Shown: positions 1-5,201 of the stretch, piece by piece
Layout: the number at the start of each line of letters is the position of its first letter
Position numbering within the stretch: position 1 is the stretch's first letter
Assembly: GCF_006345805.1 (NCBI RefSeq)
Contig: NW_021830136.1
Span: forward strand, 1-5,201
Direction: 5' to 3'
Length of the DNA: 5,201 nt
Source of the DNA: Octopus sinensis
Taxonomy: Eukaryota
The notes under the pieces: generated by a model
What the model was told of the DNA's origin: nothing
What the model saw: the letters and a program-made list of their open reading frames with translations, nothing else
Databases searched by the model: none
Position numbers and translations under genes: made by a program

Positions 1-1206
1 GATAGGACAGTGGTGTACCGCACGGAAGCGGTCGCCACCAAGAAAATTGTGATCCTAACAGAAGATGACATGGGGGAATGTTTGGGACCCCTGATGAAAA
101 CGGCAACTTTCGTTAACCGAAGAAAGAAATATGGCATGGTGGAGGTGAGGTTTGCCACCAAAGAAGAGGCGGCCTTCATATTCCACCACTATTTTACGCA
201 CTGAAAAGCTGACGCTGCTGTCACGTATAGGGGCAGGCGAAGTGTATGCATTCGCATTGGAAGGGTGCCATCAGAAATAAAACCGGAGTGGTTGGTGGCA
301 GTTGTGGCTACCATCGAGGAGAAGCTCGAAGTGGGGACAGTTGGGAGACGAGTATGTGGAATTGTTGGTGACACGGTGTCGAGATGTGGCTTTTGCCACT
401 TTCGAAGACATTGAAAGGGTCACCTACCAGATAGAGATTCCGGGAAAGAGATCCCTCAAAGTAATTGTTGAGGAACGCCGACCAAATTGTTAGGAATGTG
501 GAGTAAGAGGCCACATGAAGACGCTGTGCCCCAAACAGAAGCGTCCTCAGAGTGAGAAGGCTGTGGAGAGGGACCAAGAAGAAGTGGAGATTGGAGTACC
601 AATCGAAGCAATAAAACACGGAAACGGCAGAAGTGATATGAAATGTGCCAGGGATATGGAAGAGGTAGAGCCGAAGGAAGACAGAACGAAAGCGGCAAAT
701 GAGGGGAGTGACGTATTTGTCAACCCCAAAAGGAAGAAAAATGCGAAAACAAGTGAACGTTCGGAAAGGCCAGCAGCAGAACCAGATAGGACACCCGAAT
801 AAGGTAGGGGCCGTCTATATTCAAACATACGCAAACAGTAGAAATGGAACCAAGAGTGAGGGAATCGGTAGAAGAGAATGTACAGCGGGGTTTTAGAAAT
901 GAGGCATTCATAGTCTTCTACCAAAAGAATGTAGATGTGGAAAGGAGAATTTCCAAGTGGAAGGGATTAATTAGAAAGGGTGAAGCTACCCAGGGAAGAT
1001 TTCAAGGAGGAGGAAAGATGTGTACTATTGAATGTCGATTGATACGATACGTTCAGAAAATCAAATCATATACAGGGTATATAACTTCATTTGATGGGCC
1101 GGTGTGGTTTGATGCCCTACCACCCGTAATTGAACATAAAGAGTTGAAAAACTTAAAAAATAAAAATGTGAACAGTATAAAAAATGATGAAGATGTGAAC
1201 TTTTAA
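1..1206 (+). pseudogene. Decayed gag/ORF1-like protein of a retroelement (most like non-LTR L1/Tx1-type ORF1) with a CCHC zinc knuckle; 5' part runs off the window
   Basis: Purine-rich, coding-like sequence stitched across frames. Frame 1 gives DRTVVYRTEAVATKKIVIL...VEVRFATKEEAA, a short frame-2 stretch gives YSTTILRTEKLTLL, and frame 1 resumes TYRGRRSVCIRIGRVPSEIKPEWLVAVV. Frame 2 then gives ...QIEIPGKRSLKVIVEERRPNC*ECGVRGHMKTLCPKQK and a charged low-complexity region to the stop at 800-802. Frame 1 ORF 844-1206 follows. There are several stops and frameshifts. Clade assignment is inference from the layout. Confidence 0.72.
488..529 (+). other. CCHC zinc knuckle (C-x2-C-x4-H-x4-C) interrupted by a TAG stop
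   Basis: TGT TAG GAA TGT GGA GTA AGA GGC CAC ATG AAG ACG CTG TGC = C * E C G V R G H M K T L C, which is exact knuckle spacing. TAG at 491-493 is one change from TGG (Trp) or TAT/TAC (Tyr). The ORF track splits it between ORFs 302..493 and 515..802, which are in the same frame. Confidence 0.88.
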
Positions 1207-1281
1207 ATTATAAAAATGGAAAAAATGGAAAAGGAGGAAAACACCGTTTAAAATAACGTCTAAATGTAACCACCCGACTTC

Positions 1282-1671
1282 GGTAAAATATACAAAGCCC
1301 TGTAAACCCATCATGACTACCCGTTTGATAAGGGTACACCTGGCACATGAATCACAACCATATGTGCACGTCATTGTGATATCATATCAAGATAAACAGC
1401 GCATGACTTGCATGTCGAGTAGTCCGTCCCGCTCAAAAGATCCTTGAATAAGAGTTGTTTAAGGATGACGAACGAAACACCCATGTTTCCAAAGGTGAAT
1501 TATCCAAATCCCAAAGAATCCCTTTCAACACATGGCTATGATGCTCCCCCACTACTTCTGCTCGTGATCAGAGATCCACTAAGGGACATGTTTAACTGGT
1601 TACAGTCAAACAACTAACAAGCAAATCTGTGGTATTCAGCAGAATATTCGTGGTAACCCATCTTTTATACC
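1282..1671 (-). mobile_element. Copy 1 (truncated at both ends) of a ~550-bp non-coding, (AAT)n-associated SINE-like retroposon
   Basis: Aligns by eye to ~1731-2161 of copy 2 (GGTAAAATATAC...CCCATCATGACTAC...TGATAAGGGTACACC...CAAGATAAACAGC...CCATCTTTTATACC). It lacks about 38 nt of the left end and carries internal deletions of 27 and 14 nt. Confidence 0.85.
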
Positions 1672-1692
1672 ATTATTATTATTATTATTATT
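1672..1692. repeat. (ATT)7 microsatellite between copies 1 and 2
   Basis: Read directly from the sequence. Confidence 0.97.
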
Positions 1693-2244
1693 GAGTGAGA
1701 GAGCAGTGCATGCCATCAAAGTGACACTGGGGTAAAATATACGAAGCCCAATATACCCATCATGACTACTCGTCTGATAAGGGTACACCAGGCACATGCA
1801 TCGCAACCACATGTGTGCAACATGGTGATCTCATATCAAGATAAACAGCACATGACCTTGCAGGTGGGGCCCAGTTAGGATTTTCTTCAGGTTGAGTAGC
1901 CCATCCCGCTCAAAAGGTCCCTTAATAAGGGTTGTTTAAGGATGTTGAAAGAACCACCCATGTTTCCAGAGGTGAATTATTCAAACCCCAAAGAATCCCT
2001 CTCACACATGGCTATGATGCTCCCCCACTACTTCTACTCATGATCAGAGAGGCACATATCATCAGCCACTAAGGGACATGCTCAACTGGTTAAGGTCAAA
2101 CAACTGACAAGCAAATCTGTGGTATTGAGCAGAAATTTTGCTGATGTCCATCTTTTATACCAAGACAAAACAATGTACATGATAACACTTCCAATCAGTT
2201 AAGATCAGAAGCCATGAGAGCCACTGCCTGGTACTGCATCAGGG

Positions 2245-2245
<1 letters not shown>
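1693..2245 (-). mobile_element. Copy 2 (longest, 553 bp) of the (AAT)n-associated non-coding retroposon
   Basis: Runs GAGTGAGAGAGCAGTGCATGCCATCAAAGTG...CCTGGTACTGCATCAGGGC with (ATT)n on both sides and no long ORF. Strand is inferred from the left end shared with copy 3 and the variable right ends. Confidence 0.87.
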
Positions 2246-2312
<67 letters not shown>

Positions 2313-2331
2313 TATTATTATTATTATTATT
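2246..2331. repeat. (ATT)n microsatellite, 86 bp, with two ATTT interruptions
   Basis: Read directly from the sequence. Confidence 0.97.
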
Positions 2332-2676
2332 GAGTGAGAGCAGTGCATGCCATCAAAGTGCACATGGGGTAAAATATACGACGCCCAGTATACCCATCAT
2401 GACTACCCGTCTGATAAGGGTACACCAGGCACATGCATCACAATCATATGTGCGAGACATGGTGATCTCAAATCAAGATAAACAGCGCATGACCTTGCAG
2501 GTGGGGTCCAGTTAGAATTTTCTTCTGGTCGAGTGGCCCACCCTGCTCAAAAGGTCCCTGAATAAGGGTTGTTTAATGATGTTGAACGAAACATCCATGT
2601 TTCCAAAGGTGAACTATCCAAACATCTAAGAATCCCTCTCAACACACGGCTATGATACTCCCCCACTACCTCTGCT
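2332..2676 (-). mobile_element. Copy 3 (345 bp, truncated on the right, i.e. the inferred 5' side) of the same retroposon
   Basis: Starts at the same (ATT)n|GAGTGAGAG junction as copy 2 and aligns through ...GGCTATGATACTCCCCCACTACCTCTGCT, then passes directly into (ATT)n. Confidence 0.87.
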
Positions 2677-2692
2677 TATTATTATAATAATA

Positions 2693-2741
<49 letters not shown>

Positions 2742-2812
2742 TATTATTATTATTATTATTATATACACACAAAAACACACACTTACGCACGCACACCACA
2801 CACACCTGCACA
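2677..2812. repeat. (ATT)n tract (2677-2760) followed by a degenerate CA-rich tract
   Basis: Read directly. It is the source of the poly-N/poly-I run in ORF 2650..3009. Confidence 0.95.
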
Positions 2813-2829
2813 AATAGTTGATTAAATAA

Positions 2830-2973
2830 CGGAGAAAAAGACAGAAAAAAAAACAGCGTGAGGACGTAGCACATACAAAGTATTAATAAGACGCTCAAAC
2901 AAGGAAAGTGTGGTTGTTTTACATTTCGAGTATAGCTCTTCTTCGGAAACAGGAGACACAAGAAAATCCAAGG
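2830..2973 (-). mobile_element. Penelope-like element pseudo-LTR fragment (left arm of a diverged inverted pair)
   Basis: Its reverse complement (CCTTGGATTTTCTTGTGTCTCCTGTTTCCGAAGAAGAGCTATACTCGAAATGTAAAAC...TGAGCGTCTTATTAATACTTTGTATGTGCTACGTCC) is colinear with 3054-3185 and contains a hammerhead motif. The Penelope assignment is inferred from the motif type. The outer boundary is approximate. Confidence 0.62.
2915..2951 (-). ncRNA. Degenerate minimal type I hammerhead ribozyme motif
   Basis: Minus strand reads UGUUU-CCGAAGAA-GAGC-UAU-ACUC-GAAA-UG-U-A-AAACA. Helix I is a perfect 5 bp (UGUUU/AAACA). The core CCGAAGA differs from CUGANGA by U4C and has an extra A. Helix II is GAG/CUC, followed by GAAA, a vestigial helix III (AUGU, one change from palindromic ACGU) and a GUA cleavage triplet. 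Confidence 0.68.
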
Positions 2974-3020
2974 CAAAAGACAGACGGAGCAAAGATCGCC
3001 AACAGCCAACGTGTACTATA

Positions 3021-3062
3021 TTCTCTCCTTTTTTTTTCTCTCCTTGTTTCTCTCCTTGTTTT
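3021..3062. repeat. Three short imperfect tandem copies of TTCTCTCCTT(GT)
   Basis: TTCTCTCCTT-TTTTT-TTCTCTCCTT-GT-TTCTCTCCTT-GTTTT. Confidence 0.8.
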
Positions 3063-3185
3063 TTCTGTGCCTATTTCTGTAGAAGAGCGTAGGCTCGAAA
3101 CAAAAGACTTTTTCTATTCCTGAGCGTGATACTAATACATCTGTTTGTTTTCTACTCCACCTGTCTTCGTCTTTTGTTTTTTTCA
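3054..3185 (+). mobile_element. Penelope-like element pseudo-LTR fragment (right arm of the inverted pair)
   Basis: CCTTGTTTTTTCTGTGCCTATTTCTGTAGAAGAGCGTAGGCTCGAAACAAAAGAC...TGAGCGTGATACTAATACATCTGTTTGTTTTCTACTCC shares ordered blocks with the reverse complement of 2830-2973. The outer boundary is approximate. Confidence 0.62.
3074..3105 (+). ncRNA. Degenerate (probably inactive) minimal hammerhead ribozyme motif
   Basis: Reads UUU-CUGUAGAA-GAGC-GUAG-GCUC-GAAAC-A-AAA. Helix II is a perfect 4 bp and GAAAC is present. The core has A6U, and the GU before the cleavage nucleotide is missing relative to the left-arm motif. Confidence 0.55.
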
Positions 3186-3196
3186 TAAACTCTCCC

Positions 3197-3216
3197 TATA
3201 TATATATACATATATA
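3197..3216. repeat. (TA)n microsatellite abutting the SINE
   Basis: Read directly from the sequence. Confidence 0.93.
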
Positions 3217-3385
3217 CGATGAGATTCTTTCAGTACTTTTCCTCAACCTGATCCACTCACAAGGCTTTCGTCGGCCTGAGGGCTTAAGTGGAAGACACTT
3301 GCCCAATTTGCCATGCAGTGGGACTGATCCCCCGAACCATGTGGTTGCGAAACAAGTTTCTTACCACAGGGCCGGACCCGCGCAT
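3217..3385 (-). mobile_element. tRNA-derived SINE (head and CORE-like body), diverged copy
   Basis: Minus strand has an A-box-like CGGCCCTGTGGT (3374-3363) and a B-box-like GGATCAGTCCC (3330-3320) at tRNA-like spacing. These are followed by TTGGGCAAGTGTCTT (3306-3292), which resembles the CORE/MIR-type CCTTGGGCAAGT motif. It ends ...CTGAAAGAATCTCATCG before (TA)n, and the same end recurs at 5180-5201. Confidence 0.82.
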
Positions 3386-3666
3386 ATCAGTTGGAACATT
3401 TATGTAAAAAGCATAAGTAAGAAAAGAAAGCTGTAACTGCTTCGAAATCAATCGAGAGAATAACTCCTCGTTTGTGGCAAGGCAGTTTTCTGACTTTCCT
3501 GATGCTACAGATGTTTTGATGGATATTTGGCTGCTATTTCTAGCGACAAGCTTCGCTCGTTGACTTGTCGCAAAAGCAGGTGGTTTCATGTGGTTGTATA
3601 CGGAAGCATATGAGAAGATCACATGGCGGGTCATATTTCCTTTTCCAGTGTTTGGCATACTCATTG

Positions 3667-3686
3667 CTCTCTCTCTCTCTCTCTCT
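3667..3686. repeat. (CT)10 microsatellite
   Basis: Read directly from the sequence. Confidence 0.95.
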
Positions 3687-3783
3687 GTATATGTGTGCTA
3701 GGAGTGACCAAGCGACCGTGCGAAGCACACTACAATCACGTGAAGCATTTGTGCGGACAGAGAGACACAAAACAGTAAAAACT

Positions 3784-3791
3784 ACACGCAC

Positions 3792-3822
<31 letters not shown>

Positions 3823-3907
3823 GATGAGTTTCTGTATGTATAATATATAGGCGCATATTACATGCATATATATACATATATACATTATACATGCATACAT
3901 ACATGCA

Positions 3908-3940
<33 letters not shown>

Positions 3941-4111
3941 GTATATAATGTATATATGTTATCTATATAGTATATATAATATATAATATATAATATATAT
4001 ATATATATTACGTGTGTGTGTATGTATGTATATATATATACAGCACTATCAGACACATGCACATCGCATATGTGTATATATATATATATTTGCGTGTATA
4101 ATATATATATA

Positions 4112-4142
<31 letters not shown>

Positions 4143-4168
4143 CATACATATACATATACATTATATAT
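3784..4168. repeat. Compound microsatellite block: (CA)n 3784-3822, then (TACA)n/(TA)n/(TG)n
   Basis: Read directly from the sequence. Confidence 0.95.
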
Positions 4169-4326
4169 CGGAGGAGGGGGTATCTGTATATGCAAACCAC
4201 CCGCACAAGCAGTATCGTGTGCATAGTTTAATACACCCACAAGCCGACAGTAAGAACAAACATTGACACATATATACGCATTTGATAAACACTGTGACAC
4301 AGGAACGTACCGTTTTTATTCTAAAA

Positions 4327-4355
4327 TACACACTCACAAACACACATATATGTAT

Positions 4356-4386
<31 letters not shown>

Positions 4387-4501
4387 TATATGCACATACA
4401 CACATAAATACACACAAACACACACACACACACTCACACACACACACACGTACACACACATATATGTATACACATATATATATGTATACACATATATATA
4501 T
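4327..4501. repeat. Compound (CA)n/(TA)n microsatellite
   Basis: Read directly from the sequence. Confidence 0.95.
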
Positions 4502-4576
4502 CGAGAAAGCGAGGGAGACGGTCACCCATATACGGAGGCACGCCCACGGAGCAAGGATCGGGCTCTTACATAGATG

Positions 4577-4640
4577 CACACATACACACATACACTCTCT
4601 CTCTCACACACACAAATACACATACATACACACACAGGCA

Positions 4641-4679
<39 letters not shown>

Positions 4680-4756
4680 TCACATGCACATGTGCACGGG
4701 CAGACTGTTACATTCTACGCTGACAGACAGACCTACACGAACAAAATGAGAAGTTG

Positions 4757-4787
<31 letters not shown>

Positions 4788-4950
4788 CATCCACGCACGC
4801 ATACATGAGTAAATGAAGGAGTCTTTGCATGGTCATGGGACTTGCTAGAAATAACTGCCAAATATATGTCAATTTACACATACACACACACGCAGCCGCC
4901 GCACACACACATACATACATACACGCGCACACAGACATATATATGTATGT
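4577..4950. repeat. Cluster of (CA)n-rich microsatellites (about 4577-4697, 4758-4786, 4876-4950) with short unique spacers
   Basis: Read directly from the sequence. Confidence 0.9.
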
Positions 4951-4951
4951 A

Positions 4952-5201
4952 TTCTTTTTCTTTCTCTTTTATTTCTTTCTGTCATTTGACTGCAGCCATG
5001 CTGGAGCACCGCCTTCAGTGGAGCAAATCGACCCCAGGACTTCGGTTGTAAAGCGATGTTGGGAGGATAAACACACACACACACACATAGACAGACAGAC
5101 AGACACACACACACACACCAAATAACATATGTACATATATATACATATGTATATATACTTATATATATATACATATATGCGACAGGCTTCTTTCAGTTTT
5201 C
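4952..5201 (-). mobile_element. 3' portion of a SINE of the same family as 3217-3385, with an internal CA/TA microsatellite and a purine-rich tail; head lies beyond the window
   Basis: 5180-5201 CGACAGGCTTCTTTCAGTTTTC matches 3217-3240 CGATGAGATTCTTTCAGTACTTTT, and both abut (TA)n. 4981-5070 (GTCATTTGACTGCAGCCATGCTGGAGCACCGCC...GAGCAAATCGACCCCAGGACTT) is recalled as the tail of an abundant octopus SINE (not verified). 4952-4980 reads as an A/G-rich tail on the minus strand. Confidence 0.7.

Noticed and set aside
189-924. Minus-strand ORFs overlapping the gag-like region
   Set aside because: They are shadows of the purine-rich + strand frame (S/F/L-rich) with no recognisable motifs.
2040-2070. 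CTGATGA on the minus strand of copy 2
   Set aside because: No helix II plus GAAA follows it, and the motif is deleted in copy 1.
2556-2610. Hammerhead-like look on + strand in the 550-bp element (CTGAATAAGGGTT-GTTTAA..TTGAAC-GAAACATCCATGTTTC)
   Set aside because: A stem followed by GAAAC is present, but CUGAAUA is not CUGANGA, it is separated from the stem by extra bases, and no helix I closes the junction.
1282-2760. CRISPR array or simple satellite interpretation of the repeated units
   Set aside because: Units are 345-553 bp, unequal in length and separated by microsatellite. There is no short repeat/unique spacer pattern, no cas gene, and the context is eukaryotic.
2650-3009. 119-aa minus-strand ORF with poly-N/poly-I
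   Set aside because: Artefact of the (AAT)n tract plus repeat fragments.
3310-3385. Possible tRNA gene on the minus strand
   Set aside because: The A/B boxes are degenerate, there is no clean cloverleaf, and it continues into a SINE body, so it is a SINE head.
3284-3664. 126-aa minus-strand ORF
   Set aside because: No recognisable domain, and its 3' part runs into the SINE. A host exon in 3390-3660 cannot be excluded but is unsupported.
4501-4570. Short GC-richer island between microsatellites, considered as a micro-exon
   Set aside because: No convincing splice signals or other support from sequence alone.
3540-5174. Many 60-164 aa ORFs rich in H/T/Y/I/C/V
   Set aside because: They are translations of (CA)n/(TA)n/(TACA)n microsatellites with no coding signal.

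Overview
Eukaryotic, repeat-saturated DNA with no intact gene. The repeat families and the dense (ATT)n/(CA)n/(TA)n microsatellites look like an octopus/cephalopod genome; this is recognised from memory and was not checked by a search. Left to right: (1) 1-1206, a decayed gag/ORF1-like retroelement reading frame with a CCHC zinc knuckle, in-frame stops and frameshifts, and no ORF2 after it. (2) 1282-2676, three diverged head-to-tail copies of a ~550-bp non-coding element. They are separated by (ATT)n tracts and have a fixed left end and ragged right ends, as expected for a minus-strand retroposon that targets (AAT)n. (3) ~2830-3185, two diverged ~140-bp arms in inverted orientation, each carrying a degenerate minimal hammerhead-ribozyme motif of the kind found in Penelope-like element pseudo-LTRs. 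(4) 3217-3385 and 4952-5201, minus-strand tRNA-derived SINE copies. (5) Long compound microsatellites that generate most of the spurious ORFs in the track. The most interesting signals are the inverted hammerhead pair and the stack of microsatellite-targeted elements. Both resemble known transposon biology, so I cannot claim a new system.
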